Made by a program: the position numbers and the translations under genes
Assembly (NCBI GenBank): GCA_963824495.1
Contig: CAWGPQ010000005.1
Location: 52,033-116,032, forward strand
Direction: 5' to 3'
DNA from: an uncultured bacterium
GTDB lineage: Bacteria; Babelota; Babeliae; Babelales; Babelaceae
DNA: 64,000 nucleotides
The notes under the pieces: model-generated
Seen by the model: only the letters and a program-made list of their open reading frames with translations
Told to the model about the DNA's origin: nothing
The model's database searches: none
Part shown: positions 39,587 through 49,173 of the stretch, one piece after another
Layout: every line of letters starts with the position of its first letter
How positions within the stretch are numbered: position 1 is the stretch's first letter

Positions 39587-42041
39587 TAAGCTTATCAGGC
39601 ACGTAAATTATCTTAGTGATAGTTTTATCTTTGAGCCATCGCACACCAGTTTCTTGAGCAGTTTGTTCTACTTCTGCTTGTGATACCCCACGAGGTAGCA
39701 TAAGAATAGCACGTGTTTTACCATTAACTTGAAGAGCGATAGTAGCTTCTTCGATGATAGCTAACGCCGGATTATAGGTTGGCCAGGTACAATCTTCAAG
39801 CTTTTTATGAAAGAGAACTTCCAGTAATTCGCTTGTCATAAAGGGTGCCATAATGGATAAAGCAACAATAACAGACTCAGCGTTCTCTCTGCTCAGCTGT
39901 AGCTGCTCGGCCATCATATCATTGAGCCATTCCATAAAGGCTGATATAGCAGTATTTGGCTTGAAGAGTATAATGCGCTCTGTAAACTCTTTAAGCAAAC
40001 GGTGAACCCGTTTGGTAGCACGAATATCTTCTTGCTGTCCTGCAGAAAGTAACGTATCAGGATTGGTCATGTATGCCCAGAAGCGCTGCAAGAATCGCTT
40101 TATACCTTCAAGGCCACTATCCTGCCATTCAGCATCAAGCTCTGGAGGTCCCATAAATAACATGTACATACGTAACGCATCTGAGCCATATTCTTTGACT
40201 ATATCGTCAGGGTTAACAACGTTACCCTTCGATTTAGACATTTTTTCTACAAGACCTGTTTTCTCTGAATACTTGGTTATCATGCCCTGGTTAAACAAAT
40301 GAGCAAAGGGCTCATCAAATGAGAGATAGCCCAGATCGTAGAGCACTTTTATATAAAATCGGGAATATAATAAGTGTAATATAGCGTGCTCGATGCCACC
40401 AACATATAAGTCAACCGATAACCAGTAGGATATGTCATCTGCTGAAAATGGCCGATCTTGCATATGAGCATCGGGATAGCGTAAGAAGTACCAACAAGAG
40501 CCAGCCCATTGAGGCATGGTATTAGTTTCCCGTTTTGCAGGTTCTTTACATGTGGGACACGTTGTGTTAACCCATTCAGGTATTACTGCAAGGGGCGATT
40601 CACCAGTGCCCGTAGGCTGATAGCGCTCAACATCGGGGAGTTTAACTGGTAATTCGTACTCAGGGACAGGAACGATGCCACATTTTTTGCAATGAATTAA
40701 GGGAATAGGCTCGCCCCAATAACGTTGACGTGAAAAGATCCAGTCGCGCAATTTATACTGCGTTTTCTTGACAGCCAAGCCATGTTTGATGCAATAATCT
40801 ATAATCTCTTGGCGAACGTCACCAGCACGTTGGCCTGCAAATTCCTGCGGTTCAGTGAGAATACCACGTTTTGTATCAGTGTAACAGACCTCAAATGCGG
40901 CAACTTTCTCGCGTAAGAGCTCATCTTCGGGGAATAAAACAGCTTTAAGCGGAATGCCGTATTTTTTTGCAAAAGCAAAATCTCGTTCATCATGTGCTGA
41001 ACATTTAACGACACCGGTGCCATAGTCTGCTAGAGCAAAACTTGCTACCCAGATGGGCAAATCACCGTTACCAACTGGATCTATGATATAACGACCCGTA
41101 AAAATCCCCTCAGGCTCTTTTTCAGTATCCTGATCTTTATCCTGATCTTTGCCGTGTAAGCGCTTTTGAAGAAGCTCGTGGCAAAATGCTAAAATTTCGT
41201 CTTTATTGGCAATACCATCAAGCAATGCTGGAAGTAACGGATGATCAGGAGCTATAACAACAAACGTATCTGCTTTAAATGCTTCAAAATGAGCCGAAAA
41301 AGTTTTAAGCTCGAGCGATGTGTCTTTAACCGGAGCGGTAAATACTAAGCCTTCACTTTTGCCAATCCAGTTACGTTGCATAGTTTTGACCTTTTCAGGC
41401 CATTCTAGGCGATCAAGTCCCTCAAGAAGTTTTTCAGCATACTGGGTAATTTTCAAAACCCATTGACGGATATTTTTTTCTTCAACATGTGTCGCGCACC
41501 GTTCACAGGTACCAGCGATAACTTCTTCGTTGGCAAGTCCGGTCAAGCAGCCTGGGCACCAATTAATAGGTGTTTGTGCTTCATATGCCAGACCCGCTTT
41601 ATACATTTTTAAGAAGATCCATTGGGTCCATTTATAATACTCAGGATCGGTAGTATTAATCTCTTTTGACCAATCGTATATGGCACCGATTTCTTTAAGC
41701 TGCTCTTTAAAGTGTGCAATATTTTTAGCAGTGCTAATTGCCGGATGAATGCCCTTTTTTAGTGCGTCATTTTCTGCAGGAAGACCGAAAGCATCCCAAC
41801 CCATAGGATGTAAAACATTATAACCCTGAAGCCATCGCATACGGGCATAGATATCAGAAAGCACATAGCCACGCCAATGGCCTACGTGCAATCCTGATCC
41901 TGAAGGATAGGGAAACATATCAAGACAATAAAATTTTTTACCAGATCCAGCAGGACGTGCTTGAGCAACAGGATGTGTATCCCAGCGCTCCTGCCATTTT
42001 TTCTCAATTTCACGAATGTTATAATGGGGCATTTTTTCCAT
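39567..42041 (-). CDS. leuS: Leucine--tRNA ligase
   Basis: DMFPYPSGSGLHVGH, GWDAFGLPAE, SRQRYWGEPIP, GGIEHAILHLLY, KMSKS. Confidence 0.98.
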   Translation of the reverse strand: MEKMPHYNIREIEKKWQERWDTHPVAQARPAGSGKKFYCLDMFPYPSGSGLHVGHWRGYVLSDIYARMRWLQGYNVLHPMGWDAFGLPAENDALKKGIHPAISTAKNIAHFKEQLKEIGAIYDWSKEINTTDPEYYKWTQWIFLKMYKAGLAYEAQTPINWCPGCLTGLANEEVIAGTCERCATHVEEKNIRQWVLKITQYAEKLLEGLDRLEWPEKVKTMQRNWIGKSEGLVFTAPVKDTSLELKTFSAHFEAFKADTFVVIAPDHPLLPALLDGIANKDEILAFCHELLQKRLHGKDQDKDQDTEKEPEGIFTGRYIIDPVGNGDLPIWVASFALADYGTGVVKCSAHDERDFAFAKKYGIPLKAVLFPEDELLREKVAAFEVCYTDTKRGILTEPQEFAGQRAGDVRQEIIDYCIKHGLAVKKTQYKLRDWIFSRQRYWGEPIPLIHCKKCGIVPVPEYELPVKLPDVERYQPTGTGESPLAVIPEWVNTTCPTCKEPAKRETNTMPQWAGSCWYFLRYPDAHMQDRPFSADDISYWLSVDLYVGGIEHAILHLLYSRFYIKVLYDLGYLSFDEPFAHLFNQGMITKYSEKTGLVEKMSKSKGNVVNPDDIVKEYGSDALRMYMLFMGPPELDAEWQDSGLEGIKRFLQRFWAYMTNPDTLLSAGQQEDIRATKRVHRLLKEFTERIILFKPNTAISAFMEWLNDMMAEQLQLSRENAESVIVALSIMAPFMTSELLEVLFHKKLEDCTWPTYNPALAIIEEATIALQVNGKTRAILMLPRGVSQAEVEQTAQETGVRWLKDKTITKIIYVPDKLINFVVS

Positions 42042-42092
42042 TAGGTTTCCTGAAGCATGTATAGGCTACGTATAGATCATGTATAGGTTAGG

Positions 42093-42521
42093 CTACAATC
42101 TTAACGATTGTAGCTCAGGATACTCTTTTTCGAGCTTGTTAAAAAATTTTTGCCATCGCATACATTTTAAGAGTCGCTTAACCTCGTTATTAAATGCTAT
42201 GGAAAGTGTACCTAAGTGATCGGTGCTCAGCTCATCTTTTCCGTAAAGTGTATCAAAATGATTTTTAATAGTAGCACATAAGTCCACTCTTTTATCAAAT
42301 GACGAGTGTGCTCTATTGTTATGTAGATTTGATTTTTTTAGATTTTCTAGTATATCCTGCATACGTTGAAGGGTATGGTTAGCTTGTGCGTAAACCAGTT
42401 TGTCCTCAGAAGCTCTTAGAATGCTATCGGATGGTGCTATAGGATCCGGTTTATGAAGCACTGGGTACAGTAACGTTGAGCTTAGAGTAGCTATCAACAT
42501 AAAGCTTATATATAATTTCAT
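42093..42521 (-). CDS. Hypothetical secreted protein
   Basis: Likely start MKLYISFMLIATLSSTLLYP (signal-like), just after the brnQ stop. Confidence 0.6.
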   Translation of the reverse strand: MKLYISFMLIATLSSTLLYPVLHKPDPIAPSDSILRASEDKLVYAQANHTLQRMQDILENLKKSNLHNNRAHSSFDKRVDLCATIKNHFDTLYGKDELSTDHLGTLSIAFNNEVKRLLKCMRWQKFFNKLEKEYPELQSLRL

Positions 42522-42528
42522 GGTAACC

Positions 42529-43704
42529 CTAGAATAAAAATTGAGCTGCGAGCACTCCTGCAACAGTTAATCCTACAGGAACTTTGATCCACCTAAAGCC
42601 AAAGAGCTTATAAAGACTATTGCACACTGCTACAGCAACTATAACCGGATATAGTGCAAAAATAAACGGCTTTGAGGTTGACAATATTGCTGCTAATCCA
42701 AAGCATGAGGGTATCATGCAAACGCCAAGTAGTGTGAGTATCGTTAAGGGATAGCTTATCTTTTTTTGCAGGATATCGTTATGGACATATTCGCCAACAA
42801 CTGCAGTAAGCGCCACGGTTGTAGTAAAGCATGCCAAAAATACTGTAAAGCCAATGAGCGCTGCACCATAGGTGGCTAAAATGCGAAATGATATAGCGCT
42901 AAAGAGCTGTCCCTCATTAAGCGCATCAAGCCCATGGCCATAAAATACCCCAAGATAACTCATGCCAGCGTAAACCAACCCTAATAAGAGTGCAGCAATA
43001 ACGCTTGATGCACCAGCGGTCAAAATAGTTTCTTTAAAAGTAGAAGCTTCTACCTTTTGTGTATCTTGTTGAAGCAGTGATACGATAATGGAGCCAAAAA
43101 ATATCGCTCCAAGCAGATCAAGCGTTTGATAACCATACTCAATCCCTTTGGTAAGAGCTTGTGAAGCTGTAAGCGACACAGCAGCTCCCGATGTTTTTTT
43201 AATAAGACCTGCAAGAATAATAATAAGTAAACTGGTAATCTTTAAAGGACTTAAAATTCGACCAATAATCGTTAAAAGCCTGCTAGGCTTATAGGTTGCG
43301 CCAAAGGCAAGCGCTAAGAATAAAGCAGCAAAGACGCCAACAGGCATAGCTGGTAAAAACGGCTGAAGCATCTCATACGATAACGTCACGATACGAGGCA
43401 TAACGATTAATGGCCCTATAATCATCATGCACAAAAACGTCAAAATAAGACCTGGTAGTCTGCCAATGCGGCCAAAGAACGCTCTATAATCTCCCTGAAA
43501 CGAGATAATAGAAAGAAGCCCAAGTAAGGGTAGCAGTACACCCGTTGCCGTAAAGCCCATAAGACCAGAAAAATTGTTTTGGCCAGAAAGCATGCCTACT
43601 TTAAGAGGAAGCATCAAATTTCCTGCACCAAAAAGCATGGCAAATATAGCAAGACTGGTGGTAAAAATACGCGAGAACGAAAAATTTCTCGAAAAGTTCC
43701 TCAT
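42529..43704 (-). CDS. brnQ: Branched-chain amino acid:cation symporter
   Basis: FAMLFGAGNL, TGVLLPLLG, IGP..MPR, GYQTLDLLGAIFFG, LACFTT; many TM segments. Confidence 0.93.
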   Translation of the reverse strand: MRNFSRNFSFSRIFTTSLAIFAMLFGAGNLMLPLKVGMLSGQNNFSGLMGFTATGVLLPLLGLLSIISFQGDYRAFFGRIGRLPGLILTFLCMMIIGPLIVMPRIVTLSYEMLQPFLPAMPVGVFAALFLALAFGATYKPSRLLTIIGRILSPLKITSLLIIILAGLIKKTSGAAVSLTASQALTKGIEYGYQTLDLLGAIFFGSIIVSLLQQDTQKVEASTFKETILTAGASSVIAALLLGLVYAGMSYLGVFYGHGLDALNEGQLFSAISFRILATYGAALIGFTVFLACFTTTVALTAVVGEYVHNDILQKKISYPLTILTLLGVCMIPSCFGLAAILSTSKPFIFALYPVIVAVAVCNSLYKLFGFRWIKVPVGLTVAGVLAAQFLF

Positions 43705-43773
43705 GAGATTCCTGTTAGATTCCTGTTTTTTTATAAAGTATAGCGAAAGGTTGTAGTGCGCCGTAATCGAGAG

Positions 43774-43881
43774 TTACACCGATAGGGCCCAACAATAGGG
43801 ACACATAAGAAGATACGCAGAGAAGCTGAGCAAGCTATAAAGAGCACGTGCGTCATACCGATCGCACATAATACGTATCAT
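43774..43881 (-). CDS. Putative leader peptide (35 aa) upstream of brnQ
   Basis: GGAGG-N6-ATG; translates to MIRIMCDRYDARALYSLLSFSAYLLMCPYCWALSV. Confidence 0.5.
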   Translation of the reverse strand: MIRIMCDRYDARALYSLLSFSAYLLMCPYCWALSV

Positions 43882-43916
43882 AATCTACCTCCAAAACGCA
43901 TACAAGTATCTACAAA

Positions 43917-43945
43917 AGTATACTAAAAACTGCTTAAAATGGCAA
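43917..43945 (-). promoter_or_regulatory. Sigma70-type promoter for the leader-brnQ unit
   Basis: Minus strand TTGCCA-N17-TATACT. Confidence 0.55.
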
Positions 43946-43949
43946 TAGC

Positions 43950-45110
43950 CTAGTTGGAGCCATCTTTTAGGGCCACTTTAGGGAGAGGCTCCAACCAACG
44001 TTCAGCATCAGGTGCTATACCATACTGTATCTTTGTTAAACTATCATAGAGAAGCTTGGTTATTGGACCAGTTTGTCTGTCATTAACCACGTATGCTCTA
44101 TTTTTATAGCGTAATGAGCCGATAGGTGCGATACCTGCTGCAGTTCCTGTGCCAAATAGTTCTTTAACGGTACCTGACTGGATACCCTCGATGATTTCGT
44201 CTATGGTTATTCTTCGTTCAGTTACTTTAAAGCCCAATGATCTACTCAAGCTCAGTACTGATTTTCTCGTTATGCCTCGCAAAATGGTACCGGTAAGCTC
44301 AGGTGTAATAATCTCGTTATCACTGGTAATGAAAAAGATGTTCATGGAACCAACTTCTTCTATATATCTGCGTTCTACAGGATCCAGCCATAGCACTTGT
44401 GCACAGGCTTCTTTTTTTGCCTCCTGTTGAGCTCGCATGCTTGCCGCATAATTACCACCAGTTTTTGCTTCGCCAACACTACCCATCGATGCCCTAGTGT
44501 AGGTATCGCATACAAGAATATCTACGGGATTAAATCCCTCTTGATAAAGTGAGCCTACGGGTGACAAAATAATAAAGAACAGGTAACAAGCTGATGGTTT
44601 AAGGTTAATAGTTGGCTCAGTTGCGATCATGGTCGGACGAATGTATAACGCTGTGCCTTTTTCGCTTGGAATCCATGCTCTATCTTTACACAGAAGTTCT
44701 TTCAAGTATTTTAAGACAGTGCTTACGTCAATTTCAGGCATGCACATGATACGAGCCGATGCGTTCATGCGCTCAAGGTGCTCAAGGGGTCTGAATAGTA
44801 CGCAGCGATTATCGATTGTCCGAAATGCTTTCATGCCTTCGAAAATCCCTTGCCCATAGTGCATATGGAGCGATGAAGGATCGAAAGATAGACGCTTATA
44901 TGTCTCGATGCGACTGTTATGCCAGCCCCGTTCTTGGTTCCATTCCATGATAAACATGTGATCAGTGAATTGAGTGCCAAAGGGAAGTTTGGCAAGATTC
45001 TTATATGATTGTTTTAGTGACATAGGTGATGTATCCAATTGAAATGTAACATATGCTATACTTCCAACAAAAACACATAAGGCGAGAGTTTTTATTAAGA
45101 TTCTACGCAC
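43950..45110 (-). CDS. ilvE: Branched-chain amino acid aminotransferase with hydrophobic N-terminal extension
   Basis: FGTQFTDHM, HYGQGIFEGMKA, LYIRP, KTGGNY, EEVGSMN, ILRGITR, GTGTAA. Confidence 0.95.
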   Translation of the reverse strand: MRRILIKTLALCVFVGSIAYVTFQLDTSPMSLKQSYKNLAKLPFGTQFTDHMFIMEWNQERGWHNSRIETYKRLSFDPSSLHMHYGQGIFEGMKAFRTIDNRCVLFRPLEHLERMNASARIMCMPEIDVSTVLKYLKELLCKDRAWIPSEKGTALYIRPTMIATEPTINLKPSACYLFFIILSPVGSLYQEGFNPVDILVCDTYTRASMGSVGEAKTGGNYAASMRAQQEAKKEACAQVLWLDPVERRYIEEVGSMNIFFITSDNEIITPELTGTILRGITRKSVLSLSRSLGFKVTERRITIDEIIEGIQSGTVKELFGTGTAAGIAPIGSLRYKNRAYVVNDRQTGPITKLLYDSLTKIQYGIAPDAERWLEPLPKVALKDGSN

Positions 45111-45519
45111 GGGACAATCCTCCTCTCGCTTCCTGTGTGAACGTACATGCCCGACCTAAAGAAGCCAATCTTCGGGGGTTATTATCGATGTTCAATGCAT
45201 TGGGCAATTGGCCTAGCGTATTTGCTGTCAAAAATACCATAAGCGGAAAACGCCTTATGCCGTAAGGCAAGGTGGCAAACCGCCATGCTGTTGCCATAGC
45301 AAATCCCCATCCTCCTGCAATGCTGCCAATAGCAGCAACTTGACGTGTCTTACGAACTATAGTTCGTCCTCTTTCAATATCCTGCTCTTCGTGAGATTGG
45401 GATTGCTTTTCTGTGTCCTGAGCTTTTTCTTCTGTCGGATAGATCGTGCCCATTACCGATGTCATGAATGTCATGAACAAGCAACAATTAAGTATAAATA
45501 CTTTATAGTTTGTTTTCAT
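45103..45519 (-). CDS. Hypothetical membrane/secreted protein coupled to ilvE
   Basis: Signal-like N-terminus and two hydrophobic segments; stop overlaps the ilvE start region. Confidence 0.6.
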   Translation of the reverse strand: MKTNYKVFILNCCLFMTFMTSVMGTIYPTEEKAQDTEKQSQSHEEQDIERGRTIVRKTRQVAAIGSIAGGWGFAMATAWRFATLPYGIRRFPLMVFLTANTLGQLPNALNIDNNPRRLASLGRACTFTQEARGGLSRA

Positions 45520-45667
45520 AGAAAATCCTGTATAAATTATAAATTAATAGTAATTTATTTTATTTGTATTACTGCACTAAACGAGCTGTATGAAGTTCAA
45601 CAGCTTCCAGAATCGATTTAAAAATATTGGATGGCTAAGCCATCATGAAAGCCATGAAAGTAATGAT

Positions 45668-45829
45668 TTATAGAATAATAATGGGGGATAGTAGAGATAG
45701 AGATAGGGTAATAATAGAAATAGAAGAGAAAGAAAAGAAAGAAGAGAGGATGCTTTTTACAAGAGAAAAGTTGTTTGAATACAAACGCATCTGTTGCGTA
45801 TTGACAGTCTGTCGTTGATAATATGTCAT
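45668..45829 (-). CDS. Putative attenuator leader peptide (53 aa, Ser/Ile/Leu-rich) upstream of the ilvE operon
   Basis: AAGGAGG-N8-ATG; MTYYQRQTVNTQQMRLYSNNFSLVKSILSSFFSFSSISIITLSLSLLSPIIIL; 3' end ATT TCT ATT ATT ACC CTA TCT CTA TCT CTA CTA TCC CCC ATT ATT ATT CTA TAA. Confidence 0.65.
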   Translation of the reverse strand: MTYYQRQTVNTQQMRLYSNNFSLVKSILSSFFSFSSISIITLSLSLLSPIIIL

Positions 45830-46009
45830 GATAATAACCTCCTTAAAATATGAATACTATAATCTATATATAGCATAATTATATAGTTAATGCAAGCTTT
45901 TTATTGTTTGTGCGCCCTCTTGGCAATGCTCAAAACCCTGTTACGCTTATAGTGAAACTATCGATAGTTAAGAGATGGCGATAACAATAACGAGAGCGAA
46001 AGGTAGAGC

Positions 46010-46669
46010 ATGAGCACGTCTATGCAAGTAGGGCAGGTAGGTTCAGCATCACAGGTTCAAGCAGCTGACGAACAGATTTTGGTTGTAAAGCGGTCGCATC
46101 TGTTTCCCAATGGTGCGTGGAATGGCTTACGAAAACTTGATTTTTCTACGTATATAAACATTATTCGAACGCATAAAGAATTTCAGCCCCGCTCTCAGAT
46201 GGAAACTAATCCGGAGTATAAGCAGATTATTCCCTATCTTGTTTTTATCTATAATGATCGCTATTTTCTTATGCAGCGTAGATCCCAGGAAGAAGGCACA
46301 GGTGAAGTACGTTTGCAAAGTAAGTTAACGTTGGGTATTGGTGGTCATATTCGACAAGAAGACATGCTTGATGATGATATACGTACGTGGGCACAACGTG
46401 AGTTTACTGAAGAGGTTGATTATAAGGGTAAATACGCTATGAAGCCCTTTGGTATTATAAACGATGACTCTAATCCTGTTGGACAAGTCCATATTGGATT
46501 TGTATATCTTGTACAGGGCGATAGCCCACGGATTGGTGTTAAGTCTGAACTCAAAAGTGGTCGGCTCGTAACGCTTGAAGAGTGCTCTTTTGTGCACGAT
46601 CGTATGGAAACCTGGACCCAGTATGTAGTAGATGCACTTAATCAGCAATCTAAAAAGAGTTGTTGTTAA
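46010..46669 (+). CDS. Predicted NUDIX-family phosphoesterase
   Basis: KQIIPY, LGIGGHI, REFTEEV, GIINDD.NPVGQVHIG. Confidence 0.8.
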   Translation: MSTSMQVGQVGSASQVQAADEQILVVKRSHLFPNGAWNGLRKLDFSTYINIIRTHKEFQPRSQMETNPEYKQIIPYLVFIYNDRYFLMQRRSQEEGTGEVRLQSKLTLGIGGHIRQEDMLDDDIRTWAQREFTEEVDYKGKYAMKPFGIINDDSNPVGQVHIGFVYLVQGDSPRIGVKSELKSGRLVTLEECSFVHDRMETWTQYVVDALNQQSKKSCC

Positions 46670-47844
46670 GAGATGCCAAATAATGTCTGCTTGACTACTT
46701 TAAAGTACTTATTGTTGTGTGGATGCCAGTAATTCTCAATTGCCTTAAAGATAGGCTTAAGTGTGTGCGCAACGTTTGGCGATGCTCTACCATTATCAAG
46801 AGCAGTATGACTACTTTTGCTGATATGGCCAAGCAATGTGTAAGCATCGGCATGCATGCAAAAATCAAGCTGAGTTGTTGTATGTGCTTCATGATAGGTA
46901 TAATAGTCAGCTAGTTGAGCTCTCATAAGAGGTGTTAGCACGACAACGGGTAAAGGATATAAGCCAGTAAGTTCTTTAGGTGATCTGCCAAGCAGCCAGA
47001 TATTAGCGTGACCACATGCTCGTGTGTCTCTATTAAAGAGAAGCCTTAAATCACATCGCTTGAGAGAGGGATGGCGTTTTACGAACGCTTGTGTGTCAAT
47101 CAGATCGCTCATTTTGGTGTAACTTTTATGTGTTCGTGTTGATATTATATCAAGTGATGGCACCCAATCACCATCTGAATAGCATGAGATAATTGTTTTA
47201 AACAAGGGTGATGTAATAAAACGAGCGTTCTCCTCTTGAAAAGGTGTGCCAAATAGATAAAGATCTTTAACTACGAGTTTTTGTTTTTTATGTACTTTTT
47301 GACGTGCCTGTGGTGCGTAAGGTAGCCATCCCGCTACGTTACTACCATGACTGTGAGCATATATCGTGATATCAACAGGTTCATTATAGAGTGCTTGATA
47401 ATGATTACGCATGTCGCATAATTCTGTATAAAGACGGTAGCCTGCTTTTTTACGGTCTTCCTGATTAAGAGCGCCCGACCAACCAAATGCGGCGTATACT
47501 TGTTTATCTGAATGGATTTCTACTGTTTCAGCAAGAGCATTATAAGCTGCAAGAATATAATAGCAAGCATCAGCAGCTTCTGCCGGGGGTAATGTTCCTG
47601 CAATGCTAGCGTCAATCTTTTCACGTGGTATTTCGTGAAGACCTTCATCGAGTAGTACTTGATCCTGACGTAAAATAGGGAGCGATCGTAGTTTTCTTGT
47701 GGGAATGAGCCCAAAAATTGAGCCATGAATAAATACGATAAGATCGACACGAGCATGCATACATGAAGGAGCAAGAGTTGTGGTTATAAGAGTAAACGTG
47801 AAAAATTTCCTCAAAAATTTTTGCGTGATCATGCTATACCTCAC
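46666..47844 (-). CDS. Secreted alpha/beta-hydrolase (lipase-like) protein, paralog 1
   Basis: Signal peptide; FIHGS, FGWSG, AHSHGSN elbow, LFGTP, YSDGD.V. Confidence 0.72.
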   Translation of the reverse strand: MRYSMITQKFLRKFFTFTLITTTLAPSCMHARVDLIVFIHGSIFGLIPTRKLRSLPILRQDQVLLDEGLHEIPREKIDASIAGTLPPAEAADACYYILAAYNALAETVEIHSDKQVYAAFGWSGALNQEDRKKAGYRLYTELCDMRNHYQALYNEPVDITIYAHSHGSNVAGWLPYAPQARQKVHKKQKLVVKDLYLFGTPFQEENARFITSPLFKTIISCYSDGDWVPSLDIISTRTHKSYTKMSDLIDTQAFVKRHPSLKRCDLRLLFNRDTRACGHANIWLLGRSPKELTGLYPLPVVVLTPLMRAQLADYYTYHEAHTTTQLDFCMHADAYTLLGHISKSSHTALDNGRASPNVAHTLKPIFKAIENYWHPHNNKYFKVVKQTLFGIS

Positions 47845-47856
47845 TCATGAGTGATA

Positions 47857-49047
47857 TTATGCACCAAAAAGATAGTGCTTTAAAAAAACATAATTTTTAT
47901 AATTAAAAAACATGCCGGTATATGTATCATCAGGATGCCATAATTTTTTAGTTATACGGCGTAATGGTAATAGTGTACTATAAACATTGGGTGATGCTTC
48001 AAATGAGTTTAATGATCCTGGCGTATCTGTCGTTATGTGAGCAAGCAACGTCCGATGGCTTGAATGAATACAAAAATCAAGCTGCGGATAGCCGGGGTTA
48101 CGAGCGACTTGTGCAATAAGGAGTGGTGCCAATACAAGAAGTGGGAATGGTCTTAGACCCTTAAGTTCATCGGTCAAGCGACCAAGCATCCACATATTTG
48201 CATGGTTTGCCACCGATTCGTTAAAATTGAAAAGCAGACGTACATCGCAACGAACTAACGAAGGATTTGTTTTCTTAAAATCTGCTAAAGCAACTACTTC
48301 ACTCATTTTTTTATAGCTTTGGCGTGTAACGGTTGAATATATATCCCAGGTTGGAACAGCATCACCGTCAGAGTAGCATGAGATAATTGTTTTAAACAAG
48401 GGTGATGTAATAAATTGAATAGTTTCTTGTTGATAGGGTGTGCCAAAGAGCAGAAGACATTCGACAGTAAGCTGTCGCTTATACGTACGTTCGGCTTCTG
48501 GTAGCCAAAATGCAACATTGCTGCCATGGCTATAGCCGGCAACAATAATGTGTACGTGAGAAAAAAGTGTTTGATAATGATCACGTAAATCACAAAGTTC
48601 GGTATAGAGCTGGGTACCCGCGCTTTTGCGTCCCTCTTGACTAAATTCGCCAACCCAGCCAAATGCTGCGTAAACTTTATGATAATCTTTTGGAGTAACC
48701 ATGTTTGCTAAAGCATCATATGCTGTAACGAGATAACAGGCAGCATCCTGACGTTCTTCTTGAGGAACGTTGCCATGAGCACAGGCATGAATTTTGCTCA
48801 TAGGTATCTCTACAAGTCCCTTATCGAGCAGTATTTGGTCTTGGCGCCACAAAGGATGCTTTCGCAGGAGCACATCAGTAAAAAGTGTACCATGAACAAA
48901 TACGGTTATTTGCACATGCGAATTTCGTGCAGGTGAATGGGGCTTGAGCTCTGCAAGGCAGCTATCAGGTACCCACATAAAAGAGCACAATGCAATAAAC
49001 GTAATTACCGGTTTAAGACAAGATAGGCAAGATAGACAAGATAGCAC
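47857..49047 (-). CDS. Secreted alpha/beta-hydrolase (lipase-like) protein, paralog 2
   Basis: Signal peptide; FVHGT, FGW.G, GYSHGSN, LFGTP, YSDGD.V; colinear with paralog 1. Confidence 0.72.
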   Translation of the reverse strand: MLSCLSCLSCLKPVITFIALCSFMWVPDSCLAELKPHSPARNSHVQITVFVHGTLFTDVLLRKHPLWRQDQILLDKGLVEIPMSKIHACAHGNVPQEERQDAACYLVTAYDALANMVTPKDYHKVYAAFGWVGEFSQEGRKSAGTQLYTELCDLRDHYQTLFSHVHIIVAGYSHGSNVAFWLPEAERTYKRQLTVECLLLFGTPYQQETIQFITSPLFKTIISCYSDGDAVPTWDIYSTVTRQSYKKMSEVVALADFKKTNPSLVRCDVRLLFNFNESVANHANMWMLGRLTDELKGLRPFPLLVLAPLLIAQVARNPGYPQLDFCIHSSHRTLLAHITTDTPGSLNSFEASPNVYSTLLPLRRITKKLWHPDDTYTGMFFNYKNYVFLKHYLFGA

Positions 49048-49173
49048 GAGGGGCTCTCCTCTTAATGCTTGTAAATACTATAATGTCAAGCATAGCGGTC
49101 TTTATAAAAACATCAAGAGGAATTTAAAGCAAGCAATAAATTATTTTTAAATTATCACAAGGAAATAGATATC

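Noticed and set aside
41125..41150. KDQDKDQD duplication in LeuS
   Set aside because: A 12-nt in-frame slippage in a likely surface loop; no palindrome and no evident functional meaning.
42042..43950. T-box riboswitch ahead of leuS or brnQ
   Set aside because: The leuS spacer is only about 50 nt, and no GGTGGnACC-type T-box consensus was seen upstream of brnQ.
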